Origin: Podarcis tiliguerta | Lineage: Eukaryota | NCBI GenBank assembly: GCA_965153285.1 | Contig: OZ229111.1 | DNA: 64,000 nucleotides | Reading direction: 5' to 3' (one strand) | Part shown: positions 38,061-50,660 of the stretch, piece by piece | Position numbering within the stretch: the stretch's first letter is position 1 | Layout of the letters: each line of letters begins with the position of its first letter | Translations under genes and position numbers: made by a program | Notes under the pieces: generated by a model | What the model saw: only the letters and a program-made list of their open reading frames with translations | What the model was told of the DNA's origin: nothing | Databases searched by the model: none

Positions 38061-38224
38061 GGTGACCTGGGCCAGTCACACTTCTTTGAAGTCTCTCAGT
38101 CCCACTCACCTCACAGAGTGTTTCTTGTGGGGGAGGAAGGGAAAGGAGAATGTTAGCCGCTTTGAGACTCCTTAAAGGGGGTGAAAGGTGGGATATCAAA
38201 TCCAAACTCTTCTTATTCTTCTTC
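38061..38224 (+). mobile_element. Squam3-type SINE, 5'-truncated
   Basis: Near-identical to 34553-34693; (CTT)n tail. Confidence 0.9.
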
Positions 38225-38424
38225 CTTTTCTCGTCTTGCTGTGTTTGGGTAGAGAGTGCAGATGCAACCATAACTTTGAGGAAATGTTCAGGCAGAAGGC
38301 TCCAGCTTCAGAGACTGCTTGACTGCTCCATGTGCTCCAGTTATGTTTCCCCAACACACATATTTCTTCTGCCCTTAGGAATGTAGGAAGCTGCCTGATA
38401 CCAAGTCAGACAATTTCCTTATCT

Positions 38425-38555
38425 AGGAAAGGGTGGGAAGCGTGTGGCCTTGCAGATGTTGCTGGACTACAGCTGCTATCATCCCATTTGACGCACTTGC
38501 TGGGACTGATTGCAGCTGGAGGCCGACCACATTTGGAGGGCTGGTTCCCCAACCT
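38425..38555. mobile_element. Degenerate palindromic hAT-type MITE inserted in a SINE remnant
   Basis: CAGATGTTGCTGGACTACAGC...CATTTGGAGGGC; SINE tail at ~38380-38420. Confidence 0.6.
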
Positions 38556-38814
38556 GGCCTGCTCTGAGTGGCATTGGCCCTTCACATCTTCTGCCTGATC
38601 CTTTTAACTGGAGGTGCCAGGGATTGGCCGAGAAAAAAGAAAAGAAGTTTCTCCATAAGATGGAAAGTAGATGTCTGTGCTGTTTGGTTAATAGAGTCAT
38701 AAATATTCATGCATCATTTGAGAACTTGAGCACATTGCATAACTCAGGTAATTGGAGGGCTTAAGCTAGGCATATAAGGTAAGCGATCTAGGCTTAATGA
38801 TTTCTTTTTTATCT

Positions 38815-38952
38815 GTTGCATTTATATCCTACCTTTCCCTTCAGGAGACCAAGGCAGCATAATCCTCACAACAACTCTGTGAGGCAGGTTAGGCAGACTG
38901 ACCCAAGATCACCTACTGCATAAGTCCATGGCTGGGTGGGGATTTGAACCAT
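38815..38952 (-). mobile_element. Older MIR/Squam3-like SINE
   Basis: ATCCTCACAACAACTCTGTGAGG...CCCAAGATCACC...GGGATTTGAACC. Confidence 0.7.
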
Positions 38953-41204
38953 TGTGCCAAACTGGTTCCCATGATCCTGGTGATAGGATGGCATTCAGAT
39001 CCTGGCACCTCTGAGGCCAGCTCGCAAACAATAAACACAATGCAAATCTTATTGTGCAATTCTTTGCATTATTATTCAGAAGCAAATTGCATCGGAACTT
39101 ACTCCCTAGGTCAGGGTGTTTAGGATTTCAACATTATTGTATCTTTCATAATGTCTCAGAAGACGAGAGATGTAATCTGGGCCTTTTGTTTGATAGTCAT
39201 GTTTCAGTTTTGAGAAACTTGCAAATGTGGGCTTCAACATGTTAGACTGTATCTCGTTCAGACTCAGGTCATTTTGTTTTAAAATAGATGATGTAATGTT
39301 GATTCCCTGCCCCACCCCCCAAAAAAATATTTTGTTGCTTTTCAAAAGAAAGAGAGATTTTAAAAATATATTATTATTATTATTATTATTATCCAGCCTG
39401 GATAACAGGTTACAAGTGGCATGGAAGTAGACATGTTGCTGCCTAATGGAGCCACGATATGAGCCCCAAGCAGTGCAGGAGTGTGTTGCCCAGCAGGGAG
39501 TCTGTAGCCTAGAGAGAACCTTTCCAAAGCACCTCCTCCCCCTGAGTTGACCTATGCCTGAAACAAACTAGTAGTGTGAAACCAGCATGAACTCCAGGGT
39601 AAAAGGCTGCTTAAGTCACTGCAAAGGGGTCAATTTGAGCTCAAGCAGTTCTGTATAACGGGGTCTCTAAGGGGGTTTCATTTCAGCTGAGGAGGAAAAT
39701 AACTCGTCTTCATATTTCAGCCTTGAAATGTCAACATCTGAAATAAAAGAAGGTCAGGCTCCGTTTCGGGCAGAACTGAGACCCCTCTTGGTGAGGCCCA
39801 AATTCCATCACACCCCATACTGCACCCTCCAGTGTGAACACAAATATGTGGGAGAAATGGTTTTTGATGCACATTTGTTGAGTTCTTGGGTGTTTGTTTT
39901 CAGGGCGGGAGAACGTGTGCCCAAACCCCCTGCGCCATACTTGGAATCTCTGCCTGTTTACCCATAGAATAATTAGCATCAAATGAATGACTCTGCACGG
40001 GGTCAGTCGTTAGTATGGATCAGGTCACAGGATGGTTATAACTGCAGAATCGCAGTGGGAGTGTGATGCTTTTGCATACAAGCAAACAAACACACGCTTC
40101 CCACCTGCTCCGTTTGCTCTCCCCAGGCCCTGCACTGCTGCCTTCCCTCTCAAGACATCTGGATCCCTGAGTGTCCCAGGATGTTTATTTGCAACCGTGG
40201 GAGAGTTTTTGGAGCATGCGTGGCTGTTTCTTTGCTGTGAGGAAGGAGGGAAGGTGCCAGACGAGATGTGAAGGATCCACAGCTGTTCTGCTGATTACAG
40301 CCCACTGTAGTCTGAATTTGCCAGCTCCGCAAAGTATTATTTATACTTGGGAGCCTTCTTCCAAACCAGAGTCGGGTGAATATTGTGTGTTGTTGCTGCT
40401 GCTGCTGCTGCTTGGAAAAGGGAGGGCCTCTGGAGTATTTGTTGCAGTCGGGAGCAACATCCTGCACACATCACAATGAGATCCTTCCCTATGGAGATGG
40501 GGCAGCTGAGGTGGTGCTGGCAGCACCACATATTTTCATTGTCATTCATGAGAGCCAAAAGGTTGTTCCTCTGCCCTCCTCTCCTTCCCTGTGCTTTCAG
40601 AATCCTGAGTTGCTGAAGATCCAGGGACTCCTCTTGCCAGCACTTATTTTAGCCTATTGTCTCCCTGCCAATGTTGGCTGGCATATATGATGCTTTCAAA
40701 GCTCAGTGGTCTGCTACCAACTGTAAGCGGTAAAAGGTCCCCTCCCCAATCCCAATGTCTAACCCTGTATTCCCCCTCTGGTGCTCAGGGTTTGTAAGAA
40801 GTGCTGGCCATGTGTCCAGCTACAGGGATGCCCTCCCCACTCTCTATATTCAGTCTTGTGCTGATTTCATGAGTATCTTTTATTCTGGATTAGTATTCCT
40901 CTGTTTTCCTCTCCTTAACTCCCTTGGCTTTATTTCCTGTACAGAATTACCCATTTTGTCACATGCATACCAAGGTACCTAATATGAGTGATAATAACCA
41001 AAGGTGATTAGCATTCACCCATCTGCAGATTTTTTTAAAAAAATGGAAGTGTGGAAATAATTCTTTCGTTTCTATGCCTTTCCACTCATTTCACTAAAGC
41101 AAGTGGTTGATTAAAATGTGCTAAGTGATTAATATTTTGAAGATCAGTCTTTTAAATAATACCACCTGCTTCACTGCATTACAAAGAAAGGGAACAAGCA
41201 AACG

Positions 41205-41352
41205 CTGCTGGTTAAGAGTGTGGGTGCTGATACCGCCAAGGTTGCAGGTTCAATCCCTGTATGGGGCAGCTGCATATTCCTGCATGGCAGGGAGTTGGAC
41301 TACATGATCCTTAGGATTCCTTCCATAGAAGCATGATTCTATGCTTCTATGA
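41205..41352 (+). mobile_element. Squam2-type tRNA SINE with CR1-like tail
   Basis: GGTGCTGATACCGCCAAGGTTGCAGGTTCAATCCC (B box), GTTGGACTACATGATCC and an (ATTCTATG)n-type tail. Confidence 0.8.
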
Positions 41353-44202
41353 AAACCCCAGAGTTCAAGCCGGTGGGGAGTTCAGGGGTACCTTGTGGTG
41401 AATTCAGGCACACTGACTGAATCTGCACATCACAACAAACCAGAGTTAATGGTTTACCATGAGCCATTAGCAACCAGTGGGACTGCACTGTTCTCCCACC
41501 TTCTGAATGTGCCAGGTCACTGCCACTTACCGAGACAGAGGGAAGGCAGTGGGAACTCGGTGTGCTGTGGAGCCAAGTTGATGCCACATCCATGTTGTGC
41601 CTGCAGCATGCCAAGCTCCCGCTACCTTTCCTCTCCCCTTCTTGGCATATGGCAATGACCCAGCAAATTAAGAAGGTGAGAGAGTTTCAGCAAGAGCAGG
41701 AGCTACAAACCACGATTCCTGACTTGACGCTACATCCAACCTGGGTATTGCAGTTTGCGTCACTCCAGATAAGCTACAATATGAAGCCAAGGTTTGTTCT
41801 TGGCTTCCTCATTGTAGTTTGAGTGAAACCAACCATGATCCCCAGTTCCGATGTAGCAGTAAGCCAAGGGTCATGATTTGCCGCTCTCACTAGGAGAGGA
41901 ATGAAATGAGTGATCTCTGCATTCATGCTTATAGCCAAAGGGCCACTATCCTTCTGTGTAATCTTCTGGGGGCCGTGTGCCAGGGGTCAGTGGGGCCAGA
42001 GCAAAAGCAGGCAGAGCAATGAGTGTAAATTTTACCTTTTACAGTATACTAATTTCTACACACATGCCCCACACCCCTCTGTTCTCTGCCTAGAAAAGCA
42101 AGAGGCATTGCCAGAGTTCAAGGACACATTCCAGCCAGAAAGAAACACTTGGGGGGGGGGGTGGACTGGAGAGAGTTGGAAGGGATAGATGGAGAAGCCT
42201 GGAGGGCATCATTTAGCCCCAGGCCTGAGGTTCCCCATCCCTATGGTAAACCATTAACTGTGGCTTGCAGTGACATGCATACTGGGCTAGTGAGCTTTCT
42301 TTTCAGGGTTATGCTCTGTTATTGCTTCCTGGGTGTAAAATACCTCAAGAATTCAGGAGTGTTATAAAAGCAGGTATTCCTTTGGATGAGGACTGTTGAT
42401 AGAGCCATATTTACTGAAGGGATGGGCCAGCAGTATAGTAGTCCCACGTTATTTTAAAGGTCCCGGGCACCTCACTTATTGGTGCTGATAGATGAAAAAC
42501 TACATTTCGTCATCAACTTTCTTAAGGCTATGTAGTTGGTAAATGAAGTGTGCTCGCAGAAGCCAGACAGGTGAAGATTCCCCCCCTTACTGTATTTCTG
42601 TGCAGCTTTGCGTGCAGAATTAGCACTTTTCATGCAGGTGTTAAAGGCAAAGGAGCCCCCCCCCCCCCCGGAAAACATAGCTAGCAGCTGTGGATGGATG
42701 TAGCCCATGAGCGACTCACTTATTTTGATGCATGCAGACCGAGGCCTGTAATTATTACTACAATGAATTAATACAAGAACTAATCTCTTGCAGATATGTG
42801 ATGTAAAATCAAAACAAATAATTAGGAAGCTCAAGCTCCCCAGGGGCCTGTGTTGTCTTTGCATCATCTCTGAAGCAGTTCTTTCCCATAAGCACCCTTC
42901 CACTAGGAAATGTAGGCTTCCTGATTTGCACTGTGATTATTTTAACTTTTCTCCTTCCTTTTTTAATCCGTGTGGAATGTTAAACTTTTTTTTCACACAA
43001 TATGCTATATGACATAAAAGCAGATACCTAACTGATTGGCGCTGCTGCTTCTCTCTTGTGGGAATCTGTGGAGCTTGTGCATCTCTACCCGGTAAAGTGC
43101 AGCGAGCTTTGTGTGAGTTCCATTTCCAGCTAAGACAACACATGGCAGAAAGTAGAAGCATAATACACATGCTCGCTCACTCACTCACTCTCTCTCACAC
43201 ACACACACAAACAAACACACCTGTGCTTTTCTGTCACATATTGTAATGGGGAAATCCACCCATATGCCCAAGAAAGCAGATTTTGCTGACGGTTTCACTG
43301 CTCATTCATTTAATACCTTAAAAAATGTGTTCTTAAAAACATAAACAGTAACCAGGACCTGTTTGATGATTTCCAGAATTGTTGAAGCTTGATTGTTGCA
43401 CAATTACAGAAGTGATCCAGCCATCATAAGGTGGCTTTTAAGTCCCACTGAGTTCAGTGGGAGAGTTAAGCTCTTAAATCTCTCTCAACAGATCAGTAGG
43501 AAAAATATGGCTGGGTTGTTTTGTGCTTTCAGGTATTTCTTTGCATGCCCACCAATAGGTTGTCCTTTACTTCATTCTTGCTTCTTCTTCTTCTTCCCCG
43601 CTCTCAGTTCTCCTTTTCATTTGTTCCATGAGGTCAGAGGAAGAGGAGTTGTCTATGTGTATCTCTGGCACACCAGTTGACTGGCGTCAGAAGTCACGAG
43701 GTGAGAGCATTCAGAGCAAAGATGTCACCATGGGATAGTAGCAACGCTATGCACAACCAGCCAATTAGAATGCAGCCTTCCTCTGGCCTGTGGTGTAGCA
43801 GGTGTCCTAAACTGAACCAATGTGCTGGAAGTGTTGGCACTATGAGGCAGTTTGCCTGGAGTTCCCATCCTCCTTGGCCCTGTCTCAATGGGATTCCATG
43901 CCAAGAGCAAAGAAGTGTTTGCTTTAAACATTCAGCAAAGCCTCTTCCCACCCAGAGTTTTGCAGCTGAAATGCGCAGAGGCAGCTGCTGATTCTCAGCA
44001 GTGTTCCCTGTTTCAGCCTGTTTTAACCCAGTACTCCAGGGGAAGGAAGAGGTCAGCCAAGTTTTGATCAGGGTTCTGAAGTTGCTTTGGAGGAAGATGC
44101 AAACTGTTGTACATATGAATTTGGTGCAAAAGACTCTGCTCTCTTTGGCAGTGGTGGATGATAAATGGAGCACAAGAAACTTAGTGGAGACCCCTGTGTG
44201 CC

Positions 44203-44540
44203 TAAAGGTAAAGGTACCCCTGACCGTTAGGACCAGTCACGGACGACTCTGGGGTTGCGCGCTCATCTCGCTCTATAAGCCGAGGGAGACGGCGTTTGTC
44301 CACAGACAGCTTCTGGGTCATGTGGCCAGCATGACTAAGCTGCTTCTGGCAAACCAGAGCAGTACACGGAAAAGCCGTTTACCTTCCCGCCTATTTACTT
44401 GCACTTTGATGTGCTTTCGAACTGCTAGGTGGGCAGGAGTTGGGACCAAACATCGGGAGCTCACCCTGTCACAGGCATTCAAACCACCGACCTCATCGGC
44501 AAGCCCTAGGCTCTGTGGTTTAGACCACAGCGCCACCCAC
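44203..44540 (-). mobile_element. Sauria SINE (Squam1/POM type)
   Basis: (ACCTTT)n tail on the minus strand, diagnostic GGTCATGTGGCCAGCATGACT and TTCGAACTGCTAGG blocks, tRNA head GGTGGCGCTGTGGTCTAAACCAC. Confidence 0.92.
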
Positions 44541-46894
44541 CTAGGGTTGGTTTATTGCCTGATATATACAGTAATAAGAGGAAACTTCTCACAACACTCT
44601 GAAAATCCCTTTTTCTTGTACCGTGCCTGGGAAATCATTAATTTGGTTGACGGAAAACTCAGAGTTAGAAACCACAATACAGACCATATTCCTAGTTAAG
44701 ATGCACTCCTGTGCAACCATGTACACATTCACTGAGAAAGTAGCTGGGGATGTGCATTCCCATCCACATTGAAGTACAGGTGGAAATACATGCTTCCACC
44801 TGCACTGTAATACAAATGGGGAACCCATAATGGATTTCTTACATCTTATAAGCATTTCAATGCAGATGTGTATCTGGATTCATTCTGTTTGTGAAGTTCT
44901 TGATCCAGCAAGGAATTCTGAAGCTGTGTACTTAACACCTTGGCTGGGTTGATGTGCATATCTCTAAGAGATGAGCAATTATCTCTTACACCTTTTCCTT
45001 CTCTCTTCCCGCACCCCCTCCCCCCCAGTCTGCCATAACTTTACACATCTAGCTTGGAGGTGCCACTAAGTTAGACTATTTCAGAGATGGAATGAATTAC
45101 GCAGGAGGAGTTTTTTGTCCTGAGTTGACATTCCTGTCTATGCTTCTCACTGTTCACAGGAGCTTGTTAAAGACCTTTTACTGGTTCCAAATGGCCAGCT
45201 GGACAAATTAAACATGTCTCAGTGACCTAAGACTGTAGCTGGGGAGAGAGGGGTCCTTCTCTGAGCAAACTCACATTGTAGTTTGAGTTCTGGTTCAGTT
45301 TTCCCAGTACAACATATACCAAATCACCTTTTTTATATCCCCTACTATTTAATCAGAAAAACTACCACCCCAGGACTTAAGATCATAATCACTCATGCAG
45401 ACTAGAACCCCCAGTAGAAAAGCCACCATTTTTTACAACTCCTCAGTAACCAGGGATGGGATGGAATTCACCTAACCAAGTCCCATAAATCGAAACCCTG
45501 TGTAAGGATTTCCGCTTGTGCAACATGTCTTCCACCCCCATCTGTGTCCCCCAGATTGACTCAGGGGGGTGTTGGGAGAACCCCCAGAGCAGCACATGGA
45601 GTGAGGAGAGGGGAGGTTATGCCTTCTGGGAAACTGAAATGTTTGTGCAAGTGGAATGACTGGAAGAGCATGATGTTGAATTCCACACCAAGATTGTAAG
45701 TGTCATAGACCAATTGAAAGGTATTAGAATGATCACTAATGCATGTTAGCTGACCATGAATACGTGCCTCAAGTATTAAAACTGTTTCCAGACCAACTAT
45801 CCCAAGAAATCCACAGTTAGAGGCTTCTACCAGCTTTTTTGTCATCAGAACTGTTGTGTGATTTACGTAGCTATTGTTTTTGAAGCAAAACACTTAAGAA
45901 CAACTAACTCATTCCGTCAGTGCGAGGATTTCAACTTGTGCAGTGGAAATCCCCCCATCTCCTCCCCCTGTACATGTCCCCTAAATCAGTTCTGGGGACT
46001 TCCCCAACTCTCTGGAGCAGATTTGGGGAGGGCACGGGGGGGGTGCAGGGCAAGGAGAAGGGGGGAAGTTTTAATGTGTGAGCATAAATCTTTGCAGTGA
46101 CAGAATAAGTTAGTTGGACACTACATCACTTTCACAGGGTCTGCAGAAGATACTCTGAGGGCTTCTAAATTCAGCTTCTGATTCTTAAGTGAGAAGAACT
46201 TTTGTTTTGAAGGGTTCAAGACTCAGGCCTTACTATTACACAAAACCTTCAGAGAACTACCGTACCCCCTCCTACTCCATCCTGCTGAACTAAGAGCTTA
46301 CCCAGCCCACAACCTCCATTTTAGGACTATTGTTGTTAAGCAGATTTGTCTTGCTATTCCATAATGCTGGCATTGTTCAACACTGGTGGCCCATTCTTGC
46401 AGTCTTCCTTGATTTATGAACTGGGTAGTTTCCCTTGAGCTTACAAAAACAGCAGAGCCCCGTGGTGGTTGTGAAACTCACTATACTACTTAATCCGTAC
46501 CTTTGAGGCAAAGGGCCTCAAGAGCTGGCACAGCTTCATGAGAGATTCGTGGGCATAGACCAGAGCTAACAACCCAGGTTCCAAAGGCCTGGCCTCCGCG
46601 TGGAAGATATTTGCTCATTGCAAAGTCTACTGTGAAAGGGCCGCTCCCATTAAATCGCGGTCAGAGCAGGTTTAAGGTAACTACTCTGTATTTCCAGCTT
46701 CAGTTGAGAAGGAAGTGTTGATGCTCATGTCTATGCAGCGGGTGAAGACAATAGCATTCTTTATCTCCACTATTACATACCCAATTGCTGCAGCAATTCT
46801 CAGAGCACTGAAAAGCCTATTCTTGCATGCCGAGTAGATTGCTTTAGTCTATAGGAGAGACTGTAGAACAGATGAAACTTCAGAGGTTTGTTTT

Positions 46895-47350
46895 GTTTCT
46901 GCAAACACAACAAAGAGTCATGTGTGGCACCTCAAGAACTAGTGACTTTACTGTGGCATAAACCTTTGTGTGTGTGTCAGCACCCACTTCATCAGATGCA
47001 AGATGTCATCACCTGAATGGATGATGCCACATAACAGTATTTCCTCTAGTCCAGGGATGGCGAATCTTTTCTGCTCTGCAGGCCAGGTGCTTGTTGGATT
47101 CTAGCTTCTGCCAAACTTGGAGTGGGCTCTGAAGCACAAAAGCTGGATGTCAGAATAAATTCATTGGCCCTTAAAGATGCTGCAGGATTCTGTTGTCTTG
47201 TTGCAAGACATTTTCATAGCTGCCCTTCTGGAACAGCTTACACAATTTCCTCCCTTCTTTTATCTGCTGTCTAGGTATAATTAAGGTATCCTACCCACAT
47301 TGTTGAGCACTTCATGCATCTGATGAAACTGGTTCTGTGGGAGCTTGCAG
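46895..47350. mobile_element. Penelope-like terminal repeat remnants in inverted arrangement with a MITE fragment between
   Basis: AAGAGTC...GTGGCACC...TGTGGCATAA...CCACTTCATCAGATGCA, with reverse-oriented pieces at ~47155-47210 and ~47315 (TGCATCTGATGAA). Confidence 0.6.
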
Positions 47351-47471
47351 TGTGGTGGTGGGTTAGGTTACAATAGCAGTGTTGATGCATTGTCAGACCA
47401 GGGACTAGAGAGAACAAATAAATCGGGAGCCATGGATATCAATGTAGCAGTGCATTGGCAAGAGCTTAAGC

Positions 47472-47600
47472 TGGTAGTGGGGAACCTGTGACCCTCTAGA
47501 TGTTGCTGGACTCCCAACTCCCATCAGCCCGAGACAGCATGGCCAGTACTCAGGGAGGATGGGAGGTGTAGCCCAGTAGCCATAGGTTCCTCATTTCAGG
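47472..47600. mobile_element. Palindromic hAT-type MITE
   Basis: GGGAACCTG...AGATGTTGCTGGACTCCCAACTCCCATC...GATGGGAGGTGTAG...AGGTTCC. Confidence 0.75.
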
Positions 47601-49092
47601 GCTAGCAAGAAGGCTGATTTTGGGACCAAGGAACAGTAACAGATCTGTGCAGGTAGCCAGAATAGGACTAGCAGTTTCCCAGTTACAAGTATTTGCATGT
47701 GGTAAGCTCAAAGAACATCTCATTTTGCTGCCTTATCACACCAATCTCCCACACCCTTTCACCCAACATGTTTGTTACATGTGAGGACATGGGGCAAACT
47801 GCAAGCCAGTTTCTGGCTTGGGGTTTTCCCATTTGTTGCTTCAGGGAGCCAGTTCCTAGCAGTATTCATTGCTGTAATGATGGTATTGCACAAGTGCACA
47901 TAGACAGGAAGCTGCCCCTTTATTTGGCCCTTCCCGTAGCATGTGAAAGATACACCCCCTGAATTTTTTTCCAGGGATTTTCTTCGAACCCAAATAATGC
48001 CTTTGAGCAACATTTGTTATAGTTCTGCAAGCTGTTAGAAGGCTTTAAATATCTGATGGTGATGAATCTTATGATATAGCATATGTATGCACATGCTTCT
48101 TACAATTCCAGCCTAGTATTGTGCTTTCCAAATGCAAATCTCTAGCTGAGCTACCCAGTATGTTGAAGGAATCTCCCAGGGGAAAACTGTGGACACAAAT
48201 TGTGCCCTGCTGCTTATGATGATGTGTGCAAAAAACTTGCACATCATAATCAATATTTTCTCGGGCATTTCTTTAGCTGTTTCTCTATGTTTAAAGGGGT
48301 TGAGGGAAACCTCAGTAGATGCAGGCTTCCTACTGGGTTCAGGAAGGATGGTTCTGTCTCCCATTGTTCAACTTCCAGACTCACTGGGAGCATTGACAAT
48401 GACTGAGCTAGCTCATTAACATTTCAAAAGTCGCACCTAATAATTTGTTTGGGCCTTGCATGGCAAAATATATCTTGTGCAAGAGGATGCAATTTGAGCG
48501 GTTCTTGGTATTGGTATTCTAACTGGGGGTGGGGGGCAGGTTTTGGGGATCTGCCTCATTTTTGTTTTACTAGAACCTCAAGATCTACCAAACAACCAGG
48601 TGCAAAAGACATGTGGTTAGAATTAAAGGAGAAGGCTCAGTTTCTGAATTGCACTGAGGACTCATCCAAACTTCCTTTCGTGCTGTGTTTTTAGGCACAG
48701 GGCTGCGCTTTAAAGCACTTTGTCCAGGTGCTTTTTTTTCTTTTTTGCCACAACACTTTTCCTGCAAAAACATGCTCTTTCCTGCTGAATCAGAGCAAAC
48801 AGCAATCCACCGAAAAACCAAATTTCAGTTTGTTCCTATTCAGTGTTAAATAGAAGGTCTTCCTGGATAAAGCAGTGGGACAAGCCCCTCCCCCCTCCCC
48901 ATAAACACTGAGACATGGAGCTTTATAGCGCAGACCTATGCCTAGAAAGTGCAGGGCAAAAGGTAAGTTGTAGATAAGCCCTGAGTGCTCAATTTTTATT
49001 ATTTTCTTGTTTGCTGTGCTGGTTTCTCCTTCCTTTTCAAAACAAATGTTCATCCATTTAAGTTCAAGCATGCTTTATTCTTGGGACTGTGC

Positions 49093-49125
<33 letters not shown>
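49093..49125. repeat. (CTGT)n microsatellite
   Basis: Seen directly. Confidence 0.95.
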
Positions 49126-50247
49126 GAAAAGACTGGTTGGCTGCTTGATTCATGCCTTGGAAGAGATGCAGTCTGGGTTCTGAAGAACTCTGGACTAGAA
49201 AGAACATTGGTTTGATCACAGGCTTAGATTCTATCAACTGCATTTTTCTAGAACTCTGATAGTAGCCGTGAAACCTTCTTCTAGGTTAATTGATAAATTC
49301 TCTGCCAGTTTAGACTGTGCAACTAATATGAGCCTTAAAAAAACCAAAAACCTTTTGCAATAGGCTCCCTCCTTTCTGGGGTTTAGTACAGCCTGTATTG
49401 TGGAATGTGCCTCCTGCTAAGCTAAAGCAGGAGAGAGCCCAAAGTATGCTCAGTTGGTGGGAGAACACAATTAGGGCTGACTTGAGAATATTTCTATGCA
49501 GCAGCCTAAAGAACAACATCCACTCTTAACCCCTGCTGACCAGAGGAGGCCCTTTGAGGGTCTTTCTGGAAAGATGTTGCAAGAGCTTTGGGCTCTATGG
49601 GATAAATATATTGTAGCCTGTTTTTGCTTAATCTAATTAATTAACTGTAGTGGTTGGCCACCTTGATGCAAGCTCATGCATGTGCTGTTGCTTGGTGCTG
49701 TTTCCTACTTTGATGTTCAGCATCTCTTCCCTTCCTCCCTCTTGCCTCCCCGCCCCAACACTAGCATAGGGCTGGGGTGTCCCTCATGCACTTGAGGAAG
49801 AGCCTCTGGTGCTCGGAAGCACAGCACGCTTCTCCCTCCCTCTCTCAACCTTGCCAGACAATGAAATCATGCTCGCTTCTCATTCATCATGGAGATTGCT
49901 GGCTGAAGTGGGTTCAGTGACACCGGCCGCGAGCAAGCAGCTCAGAGCGAGCCGAGTGCTTTGTGCATGCAATTAGCACAATTATCTGTATTCAGTGCTT
50001 TTTGATCTATCATCTATCTATCATCTATCTATCTATATTGCCTTGCCAAAATAATGCTGAAAATCATTCCCTGGCCACAGCTGAGGCTTCTCTAAGGAGG
50101 CCTCACCCTCTTTTATTCTTATCCTTTCCTCCTAAGAACAAGAAGGCTCTGAAATTCGGAAATGACACAAAGGAAACGTCTCTAGGCTGTTAACTGGGAC
50201 TGGCCCAAGGGAACGTGTCTTGCCAGTTTTGGAACAGTTCTGTACAA

Positions 50248-50660
50248 TTCAAGGTGCTGGTACTTAACTTTAGAGCTCCACAGGGTTTGGGAGCTGGTTA
50301 CCTAAAAGACTGCCTTTTCCCACATGTACATGCCTGCCTGTGAAGATAAGCATCAGAGGCTTTTCTCTAATTGCCCTCGCCTTCTGCCTGTGGCACCACA
50401 TCATGGACTTAGCTGGCACCTACTTTTATGTGTCTTTTTAATGCTGCCTTCTTAATTTTCCAGGTTCTTTCGAAACATTAGCTAAATTGGGTGTTATACT
50501 GCTGCATGATTTGTATGTGTGGTTTGTTTGTTTTTAACTTTTCCTGCTAATTTAACTTTTTTTTTAATAAAACACTTCTGCTGTGTTAATCGCCTTTATC
50601 TGAGCACTAGCTGCCCTGAGAGCATATGGCTGTAGGGCTGGGATATTCAAATTTAAAACC
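50248..50660 (+). mobile_element. L2-clade LINE 3' fragment
   Basis: Translates FKVLVLNFRAPQGLGAGYLKDCL, like the L2 ORF2 'FKVLVLTFKALHGLGP.YL.D.L' motif, followed by a T-rich 3' UTR. Confidence 0.75.

Noticed and set aside
40376-40690. Poly-Cys/poly-Gln/poly-Ala ORFs
   Set aside because: Translations of a short (GCT)n microsatellite at ~40395-40412.
44001-44699. 232-aa ORF
   Set aside because: Runs antisense through a Sauria SINE, starts at a non-ATG codon and has no protein signature.
48585-48821. Peptide 'CNSETEPS' resembling PGC-1beta exon 2 'ENSETEPN'
   Set aside because: Wrong strand and no flanking similarity; chance match.
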